Counted from the first letter of the stretch, positions 39,303 through 49,348 are shown. The stretch is DNA of 64,000 bases from Thermoleophilia bacterium (GCA_040770645.1 JAXGIS010000003.1:1278-65277), one strand, 5' to 3'. The notes: generated from the letters alone by a model not told the origin. Program-made: numbers and translations.

Positions 39303-40271
39303 TTGTTGTTAGACTTCCATTCCCCAAAGGTAAGTGTGGAAGCGACCGGGAGTCGGTCGGCTGTGTTCACGGTGGAACCGCTTGAGCGGGGTTTCGGCTA
39401 CACGTTCGGGAACTCTTTGCGTAGGGTGTTGCTGTCGTCACTTCAGGGCGCGGCAGTGTCCGCCGTCAGGGTTGACGGCGTGGCTCATGAGTTCTCCTCG
39501 GTACCGGGTGTTAAGGAAGATGTGGCGGATATCATCCTCAACCTCAAGAAGCTGGTGTTTGTTCTTCACGGCGAGGATGAGGAGATCAACGTAGCACTGG
39601 TCAAAGAGGGTCCCGGCAAGGCCACCGCCGCCGATATCGATGCGCCCAGCAGTCTAGTCGTCATCAACCCCGAGGCGGAGATCGCAACGCTTGAAGAAGG
39701 CGCTCGGCTCGACATGATACTTCGGGTACGACGCGGCGTAGGTTATGCGTCCGCCGACGACAATAAGTCCGAGGAGACGGTCATTGATTGGATCCCGGTC
39801 GACTCCATCTTTTCCCCGGTGTCGCGGGTAGCATACCGGGTGGAGCAGTCGCGTGTGGGGCAGCGCACCGACTATGACAAACTCATCCTTGAGGTAGATA
39901 CCAACGGGGCCAAAACCCCGCAGGAGTGTGCGTCGCAATCGGCGCAGCTTCTTATCGACTTGTTCAAGATTTTCGTAACGGGCACCGATGCGGCCGAAGG
40001 CAAGGCGGGTGGCGACCACGATACCGACGAACCGTTGGAGCCGGATCAGGAGAGGCCCCCCTCTTCGCAGTACGACGACACGTTGATTGAAGAACTGGAG
40101 TTGAGCGTCCGTTCGTACAACTGCCTGAAACGCGAGGGCCTGGAGAAGGTTGGCGACCTCATCTCGCGGACGGAAGCGGAGCTACTGAACATCCCCAACT
40201 TCGGCAAGAAGAGCATCGACGAGGTGCGCGACCGGCTTGCCCGCCTCGGTCTGAAGCTTAGAGGAGAATAA
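39303..40271 (+). CDS. rpoA: DNA-directed RNA polymerase subunit alpha
   Basis: Intact 322 aa with a TTG start. The N-terminal domain has GNSLRRVLLSS and the C-terminal domain has ELELSVRSYNCLKREGLEKVGDLISRTEAELLNIPNFGKKSIDEV. Confidence 0.95.
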   Translation: MLLDFHSPKVSVEATGSRSAVFTVEPLERGFGYTFGNSLRRVLLSSLQGAAVSAVRVDGVAHEFSSVPGVKEDVADIILNLKKLVFVLHGEDEEINVALVKEGPGKATAADIDAPSSLVVINPEAEIATLEEGARLDMILRVRRGVGYASADDNKSEETVIDWIPVDSIFSPVSRVAYRVEQSRVGQRTDYDKLILEVDTNGAKTPQECASQSAQLLIDLFKIFVTGTDAAEGKAGGDHDTDEPLEPDQERPPSSQYDDTLIEELELSVRSYNCLKREGLEKVGDLISRTEAELLNIPNFGKKSIDEVRDRLARLGLKLRGE

Positions 40272-40275
40272 GACG

Positions 40276-40626
40276 GTGAGGCATCAACGCAAAGGGAGGC
40301 GACTGGGTATTCAGCCCGACCACCGCCGGCAGTTGCTGGCCAACCTTACCTGCTCTGTACTGGAGCATGGTCGGGTTAGAACCACCGAGGCGCGTGCCAA
40401 AGAAGTCAAGCCTCTGGTGGAGAAAGCCATCACGTTAGGCAAAGAGGGTTCTTTGGCGGCGCGGCGTGAGGTCATCAGCCTCCTCCACAACAAGAAGATC
40501 TCGTACGAGCTATTCAACACGATCGCCCCCAAGTATGCGGACCGGGCGGGTGGATACACCCGGATACTCAAACTGGGCCCCCGGCCGGGCGACGCTGCCC
40601 CTATGGTGTTTCTCGAACTGGTCTGA
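40276..40626 (+). CDS. rplQ: 50S ribosomal protein L17
   Basis: Intact 116 aa with a GTG start. Confidence 0.93.
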   Translation: MRHQRKGRRLGIQPDHRRQLLANLTCSVLEHGRVRTTEARAKEVKPLVEKAITLGKEGSLAARREVISLLHNKKISYELFNTIAPKYADRAGGYTRILKLGPRPGDAAPMVFLELV

Positions 40627-40677
40627 GGAGTAGCCTTCGCCGGAAGCGGGACGACGTGATGGTGCTGCATGAGGCCG

Positions 40678-40711
40678 GCGCCGGGGTCCGTGGACCCCGG
40701 CGCTTCATTTT
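40678..40711 (+). terminator. intrinsic terminator after rplQ
   Basis: A perfect 12-bp stem, GCGCCGGGGTCC (40678-89) with GGACCCCGGCGC (40692-703), followed by TTCATTTT. It ends 7 nt before the ecfA1 GTG. Confidence 0.65.
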
Positions 40712-40717
40712 CAGCAG

Positions 40718-41524
40718 GTGGAATTCCGTTACACGCCGGATGCGCCACCGGCATTGTCCGGTGTGGAACTCGTCATCCACTCGGGCGATATCGTAGCGGT
40801 GGTGGGGCGGAACGGGTCGGGGAAGAGCACTCTGGCTCGGCTGGCGAACGGCCTCCTGCGCCCTCAGTACGGATGCGTTCGCGTAGGAGATTACGATACC
40901 CGCGATGATGGCAGTCTGCGGTTCATCCGTGCGCGTGTCGGCATCGTGTTCCAAGATCCCGACAGTCAGATCGTTGGCTCGAGCGTGGGCGATGATGTGG
41001 CTTTTGGGTTGGAGAATCTGGGCGTCCCGCGTATGGAGATGCAGATGAGGGTGGCGGCGGCTTTGGAGGTGGTGGGGCTCCCGGGCATGGAGTCTGTGCC
41101 GGTGGGGCAGCTGTCGGGGGGCGAAAGACAGCGTTTGGCCATCGCCGGGCTGCTGGCTCTGGAACCCCGCGTCCTCATTGTGGATGAGCCCACTTCCATG
41201 TTGGATCGTCCCACACGAATGCAGGTGCGGAGTCTGTTGCAGGGGCTGGCCGCTAGGGGTACGGCTGTTCTGTGGATCACACAACATATGGAAGAGGCGC
41301 TGTGGGCTGGCAGGCTGGTCGCTCTCGAGGCGGGGCGCGTTGCCTACGAGGGGTATCCCCCTGCCTTCTTCCTTGAGGGTTGGGCAGATCAGTTGGGTCT
41401 GGACCAGCCTCCAGCGGCGCGGCTGGCCCGTCGACTCCGTCTGCCGCAGTCTGTTCTGTCGCGGCGGAGGGTGCTCACGGAAGACGACTTGGTATCGGTG
41501 CTGCGTGAGGGCGGCCATGCTTGA
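40718..41524 (+). CDS. ecfA1: ECF transporter ATPase subunit EcfA1
   Basis: Walker A GRNGSGKST, signature LSGGERQR and Walker B LIVDEPTSMLD. The GTG start lies directly after the terminator T-tract, and the RBS is weak. Confidence 0.8.
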   Translation: MEFRYTPDAPPALSGVELVIHSGDIVAVVGRNGSGKSTLARLANGLLRPQYGCVRVGDYDTRDDGSLRFIRARVGIVFQDPDSQIVGSSVGDDVAFGLENLGVPRMEMQMRVAAALEVVGLPGMESVPVGQLSGGERQRLAIAGLLALEPRVLIVDEPTSMLDRPTRMQVRSLLQGLAARGTAVLWITQHMEEALWAGRLVALEAGRVAYEGYPPAFFLEGWADQLGLDQPPAARLARRLRLPQSVLSRRRVLTEDDLVSVLREGGHA

Positions 41525-42373
41525 TGCCGGGAGTCTCGTCAGTCTGCGCCGTGTGTCGCACGTGTACAACGCCGGGACTTCCCTGGCGCGACCCGCTTTG
41601 GCGGAGATAGAGCTGGATATCCCTCCGGGGGTTTCGGTGGCGGTGATCGGCCCCACCGCGTCCGGCAAGACCACGCTGCTTGAGATTCTGGCGGGGCTCA
41701 CCGTGCCCAGCGAGGGCACGGTGACCGAGCGGCGGCGCCGCCGTACGGCGCCGCCGCCGCCATGGCTTTCCAGCGGGCAGAAGCGCAGCTCTTCTGCGCC
41801 ACGGTCCGCGATGATGTGGGCGTTGGTCCTGCCTGCCAGGGCTTGGATCCTGTTTTCGTCAGGCGCAGGGTTGACGCCGCCCTGGAGACGGTGGGGTTGG
41901 AACCGGATAGGTTTGGTGACCGCAGCCCTTTCGCACTGTCGGAGGGGGAGCAGCGGAGGGTCGCTCTGGCGGGAGTCTTGGCCGTAGAGCCCCGACTGTT
42001 GGTGCTGGACGAAGTGGGTGCGGGACTGGACGGCGGGGCTCGTAGCCTGATTATGCGCCGCCTGGGAGAGTGGCGCAGAGACGATCCCGGTCGTTCTCTC
42101 GTATTCAGCACGCACGATGTGGATGAGGCGGCAGAGGCGGACCGCGTTATCCTGCTGGCAGGGGGGAGACTGCTCGCGGACGCGCAGCCGGCGGCGGTGG
42201 TGGGCGATGCGGACCTCCTGGGTCGCGCGGGACTCGAGCCCCCCTTGGCCGCACGCGTGGCGCTGGCTCTTGGTGCGGAGTGTGGGTGCAGATGTCCGGT
42301 GACCCCCTCATCTCTGAGCGCCTGGCTCTTAGAGCATGGCTCGACGACTGCCGGCAGCGAGGCTGGTGACTGA
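41517..42373 (+). CDS. ecfA2: ECF transporter ATPase subunit EcfA2, one frameshift as assembled
   Basis: ATG 41517 overlaps the ecfA1 stop. Walker A GPTASGKTT lies in one frame. The Q-loop onwards (AFQRAEAQLF...LSEGEQRRVALAGVL...LVLDEVGAGLD) lies in ORF 41762-42373. The shift falls within the GC repeat 41720-41762. Confidence 0.8.
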
Positions 42374-43193
42374 CGTGCGCCTGGGGTTCGCCTCTTTGGC
42401 TGCCGGGCAGTATCTTCCGTTGGACAGCACAGTCCACCGCATGGACGCGCGCCTCAAACTGGGCTTGGGGCTTGTGTTGGCGGGTATGTTGTTTGCCACC
42501 CGGAGGTGGGGGGGACTGGGCCTGTTCGGCTGCGGCCTGGTGGCGGCTGTTTGGCTGTCTAGGGTCCCCATCAGTTATCTGTGGCGCTTCATGCGCCCCT
42601 TCGTCGTTATTCTGGCCATAACCCTCTTCTTTCAGACTATCTCGCTCCCGGGGGACGCGCTGTTTACCGTGGGGCCCCTCACCTTCACGCGGTCGGGGCT
42701 TGAGCAGGGGGGGCTGGTGGTGAGTCGACTGGCACTTATCCTTCTTTCCGGTGCGTTGTTGGTTGTAACCACTCCCCCCGTTGCGGTCACCGATGCCGTG
42801 GCCTGGTACCTGCGCCCTTTCAGGAGACTGGGAATTCCAGACGGTGATTTGGCCATGGTGACATCGCTGGCGCTGCGCTTCATCCCCGTGCTCATGGCGG
42901 AGTTTGAGCAACTGGTGAAGGCACAGCGGGCGCGAGGAGTGTCGTTGGAGTTGCGCTCGCCCTTGCGCGCGGGTAGGGCGTTGATGCCGCTCATGGTCCC
43001 GCTTTTCGTGCTCGGATTCCGGCGGGCCGAGGAGTTGGCGGATGCGATGCTGAGCCGATGCTACCAGGGCACTGAGGGCCGGACCCACTATCGGGAGATG
43101 CACTTCACGTGGCGCGACGGGGTGTGGCTCACGGGGGCCGTCTTGTGGCTGGGGGGCGCACTCGCTTTGGGCAGGGGATGGGTGCTGACATGA
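42336..43193 (+). CDS. ecfT: ECF transporter transmembrane subunit EcfT
   Basis: Intact 285-aa membrane protein with the conserved coupling motif KAQRARG, at the expected position after the two EcfA genes. Confidence 0.85.
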   Translation: MARRLPAARLVTDVRLGFASLAAGQYLPLDSTVHRMDARLKLGLGLVLAGMLFATRRWGGLGLFGCGLVAAVWLSRVPISYLWRFMRPFVVILAITLFFQTISLPGDALFTVGPLTFTRSGLEQGGLVVSRLALILLSGALLVVTTPPVAVTDAVAWYLRPFRRLGIPDGDLAMVTSLALRFIPVLMAEFEQLVKAQRARGVSLELRSPLRAGRALMPLMVPLFVLGFRRAEELADAMLSRCYQGTEGRTHYREMHFTWRDGVWLTGAVLWLGGALALGRGWVLT

Positions 43194-44001
43194 GTTCGGG
43201 TCAGTGCGGCATGAATGAGGCGAATGCCCGCCCAGAGGCGGAGCGTCGGTCGCAATCCGTGGGTGGTGGGTACTGGTATCGTCTCGATCTACAGTACGAC
43301 GGCACGGCTTTCCGCGGTTGGGCACGACAGCCGGATGTCCCCACCGTGCAGGGGGCGCTGGAGACCGCACTGGGCACCGTGCTGGGAGAGGTGCCTGTAC
43401 TGCGTGTGGCCGGCCGTACGGACTCGGGTGCGCACGCTCGGCGGCAGGTGGTGAGCGTGGAACTCGATCGCCATCTCGACTGTGCGGCACTGGTGCGCTC
43501 TCTCAACGCGCTCACTCCCCCGAGATGTGCGTATCTGCCTGCACTGCGATGCCGATCAAGTTCGATGCCCGCGCAGATGCCTGTTCTCGCACTTACCGGT
43601 ATTTCTTGACCACGGCGGCTGTGCCGGACCCTTTCACGCGGCGTTATTGCCTTCACGTCTCCAGCGCACTCGACATGGGCCTGCTACACAAGACCGCAGA
43701 ACTCACGATTGGACAGCACGATTTCCGTGCTTTCACGCCCACCGAGACCGAGCACGTGTTCTTTCACCGGACCGTCCTGGCGTGTGCGTGGTCATGTGAC
43801 AAACCGTTTGTGTGGCTTGAGATTGAGGCCAATGCTTTTCTGCGCCAGATGGTGCGCACCCTGGTAGGGACCATGCTCGAGGTTGCGAAGGGGAAGCTGA
43901 CGGTCGCGGATTACCAAGCGCTGCTGGAGGGCAAAGAGCGAACCCAGGCCGGCCCCACCGCGCCGGCACATGGTCTCTTCCTGTGGAGTGTGAAGTATTG
44001 A
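43190..44001 (+). CDS. truA: tRNA pseudouridine(38-40) synthase TruA, one frameshift as assembled
   Basis: LQYDGTAFRGWARQ and the catalytic GRTDSGAHA lie in ORF 43109-43609. FDARADACSRTYRY...FLRQMVRTLVG lies in ORF 43318-44001. The shift is in the C-run at 43517-21. ATG 43190 overlaps the ecfT stop. Confidence 0.85.
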
Positions 44002-44024
44002 TGATAGTTCTCGCCCCTCCCGCC

Positions 44025-44053
44025 TTGACACCCCTCGGGGGCTCGATTATCAT
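44025..44053 (+). promoter_or_regulatory. near-consensus sigma70-type promoter for rplM-rpsI
   Basis: TTGACA (44025-30), a 17-nt spacer and TATCAT (44048-53), 27 nt upstream of the rplM GTG. Confidence 0.65.
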
Positions 44054-44079
44054 GCCCAGTTGCGTTTCAAGGAGGTACT

Positions 44080-44514
44080 GTGAAGACCTATTCGGCTAAA
44101 CCCGGCGAGGTACAGCGTCGTTGGTGGGTTGTGGATGCGGAGGGCAAGAACCTCGGCCGGCTCGCCACGCGTATCGCGGTGGTGTTACGCGGCAAAGACA
44201 AGCCCGCCTACACTGCGCATGTGGACACCGGGGATTTTGTGGTTGTCGTTAACGCGGACAAGGTGGCTGTGACTGGGAATAAGCTCGCCGATAAGCGGTA
44301 TTACCGTCATTCCGGTTACCCGGGGGGCCTCAAGGTCAGGACTCTCGGCCAGACTCTCCAGCAGCGGCCGACCGAGGTGCTGCGGCACGCGGTCAAAGGG
44401 ATGCTTCCCAAAAACCGGCTGGCGGCGCAGCAGCTCCGCAAGCTCAAGATCTACGCGGGGCCCAGCCATCCGCATGCGGCCCAGCTTCCGGAGGAAATGC
44501 AATGGCAGGACTAG
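44080..44514 (+). CDS. rplM: 50S ribosomal protein L13
   Basis: Intact 144 aa with a GTG start after AAGGAGG. Confidence 0.95.
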   Translation: MKTYSAKPGEVQRRWWVVDAEGKNLGRLATRIAVVLRGKDKPAYTAHVDTGDFVVVVNADKVAVTGNKLADKRYYRHSGYPGGLKVRTLGQTLQQRPTEVLRHAVKGMLPKNRLAAQQLRKLKIYAGPSHPHAAQLPEEMQWQD

Positions 44515-44894
44515 TGTACGGCGCCACCGGCAAGCGTAAGACGGCTGTGGCTCGGGTGCGACTCATTCCCGGCGCAGGTGCTATCACGGTCAATGGCCGA
44601 GGGCTTCGTGAGTACTTCCAGAGGGAGACGCTCTTTCAGATGGTGCGCACTCCGCTGGTGGAGACGGGCACCGAGGGCCGGTACGATGTGGTGGCCAAAA
44701 TCGTGGGCGGAGGCAAATCCGGGCAGGCCGGCGCGCTACGCCACGGCATAGCTCGCGCTCTCGTGGAGGCAGATGCGTCCTTGCGCACGGATCTCAAGAA
44801 AGCGGGGCACCTATCGCGGGATGCGCGGATGGTGGAGCGCAAGAAGGCCGGCTTGAAGAAGGCCCGCAAGCGCCCGCAGTTCTCCAAGCGCTAG
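44502..44894 (+). CDS. rpsI: 30S ribosomal protein S9
   Basis: Intact 130 aa with the C-terminus [12 protein letters not shown]. Confidence 0.95.
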   Translation: MAGLVYGATGKRKTAVARVRLIPGAGAITVNGRGLREYFQRETLFQMVRTPLVETGTEGRYDVVAKIVGGGKSGQAGALRHGIARALVEADASLRTDLKKAGHLSRDARMVERKKAGLKKARKRPQFSKR

Positions 44895-44919
44895 TAAGCA
44901 GGCATACGCAAGTCTTGAA

Positions 44920-44946
44920 GGGCGGGTGGTCGTATGGCCCCCGCCC
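44920..44946 (+). terminator. stem-loop after rpsI (terminator-like)
   Basis: GGGCGGG (44920-26) pairs with CCCGCCC (44940-46) around a 13-nt loop. It is followed by TATTGCGTT, a weak T-tract. Confidence 0.4.
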
Positions 44947-45113
44947 TATTGCGTTCAGGAACTGAAGGCGCACAGGAGTCCGGTATGGCCGGCACGGACC
45001 GGAGGAGAGAGGATGATTCAGCCCTGGAATCTGGCGGCGAAAGCCACTGCGCAATGATCGGCGCCGATTCTCAGCGGGTCTCGTGCCCATCAACCCGCTC
45101 CCGGGTGCCTCGC

Positions 45114-45479
45114 GTGCTAACCGGGGTGGATGTGGTGGATATCGAGCGGCTGCGCTTCGCCCTGACCAGGTACCCACGTTTGGAGAAGCGGTTGTTCTCG
45201 GAAGCAGAGAGGGTATACGCGGCCTCTCGGAAGGACCCGGTCAGGCATCTGGCGGCCCGCTTTGCCGCCAAGGAAGCCGTGGGCAAGCTGCTCGGTTGCG
45301 GCGTGACCTCATGGCAAGACATACTTGTGGAGGGTGGCGGTTCCGCGCTCGGCGTGCTGTTGGTCGGGAGGGCGGCCGACCAGGCGAAGGCATTGGGGCT
45401 GGGCCCGATCGCGCTTTCGTTGAGCCACGCTGCTACCATTGCGGTAGCGAGCGCCGTGGCGCTCGCCGAGAGAAGCTGA
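45114..45479 (+). CDS. acpS: holo-[acyl-carrier-protein] synthase
   Basis: GTG 45114 gives (M)LTGVDVVDIERL, and ARFAAKEAVGKLLG is present. The track ORF (44934) has an implausible 60-aa N-terminal extension. ATG 45054 is an alternative start. Confidence 0.75.
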   Translation: MLTGVDVVDIERLRFALTRYPRLEKRLFSEAERVYAASRKDPVRHLAARFAAKEAVGKLLGCGVTSWQDILVEGGGSALGVLLVGRAADQAKALGLGPIALSLSHAATIAVASAVALAERS

Positions 45480-47096
45480 ATGAGCGAGGAGGGGCGCGTA
45501 GTGCAGGGCGAGAGCCTGCTGAGCCGGTTTCACAGTGTCGATGAGTTGCCCGGTGCGCTGAGCGCCGCGCAGATGCGCGAGCTTGATCGGATCACCATCG
45601 AGGAAATGGGAGTGCCGGGTCCTGTCCTCATGGAGCGGGCTGCCTTCGGGGTGACGGAATTCCTGCTGCGCCGCTACGCCGGACGGCACACGCTCGTGGT
45701 TTGTGGCCGGGGCAACAATGGAGGAGACGGTCTTGCTTCGGCTCGTCAATTGCATTTGGCCGGTCATCCGGTCGTGTGCGCGGTGGCCGCCGAGCAGGCG
45801 GAGCAGCTCAGCCCGGACGCACGGACGAATCTGGAGGCGGCACGGCGCTTGGGGGTCAACATCCTTATGGGGGCGACAGCCGAATCCGTGCCCGGCTACC
45901 TCCTCGGTGAAACCGAGGTGGTGGTCGATTGTCTTCTCGGTACCGGCGCATCCGGCGAGATGAGGGAGCCGTTGGCGGGACTGGCGCGCATGATCAACAC
46001 TCTGGGTGCCCGCGGAATACCGGTGGTGGCCGTCGACATACCCTCTGGTGTTGACGCCGGCACGGGAACCATTGCCTCGACTACCGTGGCGGCTACGCAC
46101 ACCATTACTTTCCACTCCGCCAAGACGGGGCTGGTGGTACCGCCCGGCCGCGAAGCGGCGGGCGAGATTCTCGTGTGGGAGATAGGCCTCCCTCGGCATC
46201 TTGAACCAGAGTGCGATGTGTGCGTGGTTGCGACGGGCCAGGTGCGCGTGCCGGGTCGCCGGTCGGACGACCACAAGTATCGGGCCGGATACGTGGCCGT
46301 GTTGGCCGGGTCTGCCGAATACCCGGGCGCTGCACTTCTCACGGCCGGCGCGGCAGTGCGCGCCGGCGCCGGTTATGTGCGTCTTCTGGCCGTGGCGGCG
46401 GTGGTGGCGGCGCTGCCGTCCGTATCGGTGGAGATCACCTCCACCTCTTTGGGCGAGAGCCCCCACCTGCGTGATGTCGAGCGGACGATGGCGGCTGTGT
46501 CCGACCCCCGCATTTCGGCGTTGGCTTTCGGCCCCGGCCTCGGTAGGGAGCTGGATACGGCCGAGGTAGTACGTCACGCCGTGATGGCGTCCAAACCCCC
46601 CGCCGTGCTGGATGCGGACGGTATCCTGGCCTTTGCCGGCCGCGCAGGTGATCTGGCCGCTCGGCCGGGTCTCGTGCTCACACCCCACGTTGGGGAGTTG
46701 GCGACACTGATGGGCGCCTCCGTGTCCGAAGTGGGCCGAGCACCGTTGGCGGCCGCGCGGGAGGCGGCTGCTGTGACCAACCAGGTGGTGCTGCTCAAGG
46801 GTTCGGCCAGCGTGATCGCACAACCCGGTGGACGAACATGGGCCGTGGTTAACGGTCCACCGCAGTTGGCGTCGGCCGGCACGGGGGATGTCTTGACCGG
46901 TGTCATTTGCGCCATGCTGGCCAAAGGCCTCGCTCCCGTGGAGGCGGCGTGTACAGGTGCTTGGGTGCATGCCGAGGCAGGTCGGCTGGCCGCAAAGAAG
47001 CACAGGGCAGGTGCATGGGCCGGGGCGGTATTGGACATGATCCCGGCCGCGTATGCCGGCCGGGTGTATGACAGGAGGCCCAGTTGGACAAAGTGA
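45480..47096 (+). CDS. nnr: bifunctional NAD(P)H-hydrate repair enzyme (epimerase plus ADP-dependent dehydratase)
   Basis: Intact 538 aa. The YjeF_N domain has VVCGRGNNGGDGL. The carbohydrate-kinase domain has HKYRAGYVAVLAGS and GTGDVLTGVI. Confidence 0.88.
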   Translation: MSEEGRVVQGESLLSRFHSVDELPGALSAAQMRELDRITIEEMGVPGPVLMERAAFGVTEFLLRRYAGRHTLVVCGRGNNGGDGLASARQLHLAGHPVVCAVAAEQAEQLSPDARTNLEAARRLGVNILMGATAESVPGYLLGETEVVVDCLLGTGASGEMREPLAGLARMINTLGARGIPVVAVDIPSGVDAGTGTIASTTVAATHTITFHSAKTGLVVPPGREAAGEILVWEIGLPRHLEPECDVCVVATGQVRVPGRRSDDHKYRAGYVAVLAGSAEYPGAALLTAGAAVRAGAGYVRLLAVAAVVAALPSVSVEITSTSLGESPHLRDVERTMAAVSDPRISALAFGPGLGRELDTAEVVRHAVMASKPPAVLDADGILAFAGRAGDLAARPGLVLTPHVGELATLMGASVSEVGRAPLAAAREAAAVTNQVVLLKGSASVIAQPGGRTWAVVNGPPQLASAGTGDVLTGVICAMLAKGLAPVEAACTGAWVHAEAGRLAAKKHRAGAWAGAVLDMIPAAYAGRVYDRRPSWTK

Positions 47097-47581
47097 AAGC
47101 GGGCGACATCATGAGCTTCCCGGTCGTGACGATCGAGCCGGGCGCCACCGTGCGCGAACTGGCCGCCGTCTTGGCCGACAACAACATCAGCGGGTTGCCG
47201 GTGGTTGACGAGGATGGCAAGTTGCTGGGAGTGGTGAGCGAGGAGGATCTGCTGCTGTTGGACGCGGATCTGCATTTTCCGCGTTACGTCCAAGTGTTCG
47301 ACGGTGTCATATTCTTGGAGAGTGTTCGGAAGTTCGAAGAGAGGTTCGAAAGGCTTTTGCCGCCAAGGTCAGCGACGTGATGTCACGCGATCCTGTGATT
47401 GTCACCAAGGAAGCCACGCTGCGCGGTGGCCACGCTCATGTCCCGCAAAGACGTGAACCGGCTGCCTGTGGTGGATGAGACAGGCCACTTGCTGGGCATC
47501 ATCGCCCGCGGGGATGTCTTGCGGGGCATCGCTGCGCTGCAGGACCCAAACGGGGAGGATGAGAAGGGAGCAGGAGCCTAG
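47084..47581 (+). CDS. CBS-pair domain protein, two frameshifts as assembled
   Basis: CBS1 is DIMSFPVVTIEPGATVRELAAVLADNNISGLPVVDEDGKLLGVVSEEDLL. Next comes AFAAKVSDVMSRDPVIVTKEATLR in a second frame, then VATLMSRKDVNRLPVVDETGHLLGIIARGDVL in a third. The shifts are at about 47348-50 (A-run) and about 47422-28. Confidence 0.75.
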
Positions 47582-47584
47582 ACC

Positions 47585-47698
47585 ATGGCCAAGAAGGAAA
47601 TCCGAAGGGCGGCGCGTCAAAGCGGCCTTCAGCCCAAGAAACCTGTGGATCCGCGCATGCTCGACTTCGTCGCGCCCTGGTTCAGGGAGTACTGCTAG
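47585..47698 (+). CDS. hypothetical 37-aa basic peptide (weak call)
   Basis: ATG 47585 gives MAKKEIRRAARQSGLQPKKPVDPRMLDFVAPWFREYC*. GGAGCAGGAG lies 7 nt upstream. I recognise no family. Confidence 0.2.
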   Translation: MAKKEIRRAARQSGLQPKKPVDPRMLDFVAPWFREYC

Positions 47699-47883
47699 CA
47701 AGCGTCTACCTGCTTCTGGTGAGGCTGGTGCTCCGTTCTCAGGGCAGGAGCCTGTGGCAGGATGTATTTTGGACACTCATTTCTTCTTCTTCTATACGGC
47801 ATTCATCTACTTCTGGGAGCAGTTCCTCGAGAGACGCCGCGCCAAGAAGCAGCAGGGTGGTGCCAAGCGCTAGGAGGCCAGCC

Positions 47884-49348
47884 ACGAACCGGCCCTCGAA
47901 AGCTGCCCGGGTTCTTCCGGAATCCGTCCTGGCGGCGGTGGAGAGCGTGGTGCGGTAAGCCGAGCTCGCAGCGTGGCAGGTGGGCGGGACGGTGCGCGAC
48001 CAACTCATGGGGCGACCGTTCTCGGACCTTGGATGTGGTCATCGGCAGCCGGGACAACCGTGTTGTGCGCTCCGTGGCGGCGGCGGTTGCCGACTTCTGT
48101 GGTCTATCGTGGTTCACGCTTTCGCCGGAGTTTGGGGGCGAGCGCGTGGTGTGGGGGACGGGACATCTAGACGTTAGTCCGTTGCGTGGCCTACGGATTG
48201 AGGACGATCTCGCGCAGCGTGATTTCACGGTGAACGCCATAGCCATTCCCGTGGGTGGTGGCTCTCCCATAGATCCCTGGGGAGGGTTGCGGGACATCGC
48301 CGACCGGAGGTTGCGGCTCGTGAGTCACGGCGGGTTTCGGGCCGATCCGGTGAGGTTGCTGCGGGCGGCGAGATTCGCTCAGACGCACGGTCTTGTGGTT
48401 GATGAGGAATTGGTGCGGATTGCTCGGGGCGATGGGCATCTGGTGGCTGCGGCGGCACCCGAGAGAGTGCTGGCGGAGGTGATGGCGACTCTGGATGTGG
48501 ACGGCGCAGCCACAGCCGCACGACTCTGGGAGGAATTGGGGTTACTTGCACAGATTTTCCCGGAAGTGGCCGCGCTGGCGGGGGTGCGACAGAGCACGAG
48601 TCATCGCCACGACGTGTACGGTCACACACTGGAGGCTCTCGATCATGTCGATGAACTGCTGAGAAACCCTGCCGACCGGTTTCCCGAGGCTGCGACCGTG
48701 CTGGGCGAGCGTCTGCGGCGGCCTGTGGACGGCGTGACCACACGGCGGGCTGCGCTGCGACTGGCGGTTCTCGTGCACGATATCGCCAAGCCCCAAACTC
48801 GGCACATTGACGAGCAGGGTCGATTGTCCTTTTGGGGGCATGAATTGCAGGGAGCCGAGATGGCTCGACGCATCTGCGGGCGGCTGCGTTGTTCCACAGC
48901 GCTGACGAGCCTGGTGGTCAAGGTAGTGGAGGGGCATCTGTGGTTGGGGTTCCTGCAGAACCGTAAGCCTCTCTGGAAGCATGACGAGATTCGCTACCTG
49001 TGGGCGGCGTATCCTTGGGAGCCGGAACTGATAATGGCATCGGTGGCCGATCGACTGGCCACGCGTGGCCCCATTACGGCCGACCGATTCGTGGAGCGAC
49101 ATCTGACGCTGGCTCGGCATCTCATGTGGTTGTGGTCCGAGCGGCAACGGGTGGGGGTGCCGCCCTTGCCGGTGCGTGGCGACGAGTTGGCCGCATTAGT
49201 AGGCGTTGAACCAGGCCCCAACCTGGGGAGGCTGCTGAACGCCCTCAGGCTGGAGTGGGAAGCGGGGGAGCTGGCCGACGCAGCAGCGGTGGCCGGGCGT
49301 GCGCGCGAGATCGCGGAAGATGAGTCCTTCAAGGCGGAGAAGGCCTGA
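47884..49348 (+). CDS. cca: CCA-adding enzyme / poly(A) polymerase-family tRNA nucleotidyltransferase with HD domain, 5' end disrupted as assembled
   Basis: The body (track ORF 47762-49348) has RDFTVNAIA, the HD motif HRHDVYGHTLEAL...VLVHDIAKP. The N-terminal LPESVLAAVESVVR-(TAA 47956)-AELAAWQVGGTVRDQLMGRPFSDL lies in another frame. ACG stands 6 nt after AGGAGG, where a start codon is expected. Confidence 0.75.

Noticed and set aside
40601-43490. Long minus-strand ORFs 40601-42115 (504 aa) and 42147-43490 (447 aa)
   Set aside because: They are antisense to ecfA1, ecfA2, ecfT and truA, which carry clear Walker, signature and catalytic motifs. The antisense translations are Pro/Arg/His-rich with no domain features.
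45309-47003. 564-aa ORF on the minus strand
   Set aside because: It is entirely antisense to the well-supported nnr gene. Its composition is Arg/Gly/His-rich and low in complexity, as is typical of spurious antisense ORFs in GC-rich DNA. No recognisable motifs.
47762-47900. ATG 47762 as the true start of the cca-family ORF (as in the track)
   Set aside because: The first 90 codons (MYFGHSFLLLLYGIHLLLGAVPRETPRQEAAGW...) have no similarity to the nucleotidyltransferase head. The conserved head motifs are readable in another frame, so the extension is read-through of a shifted frame.
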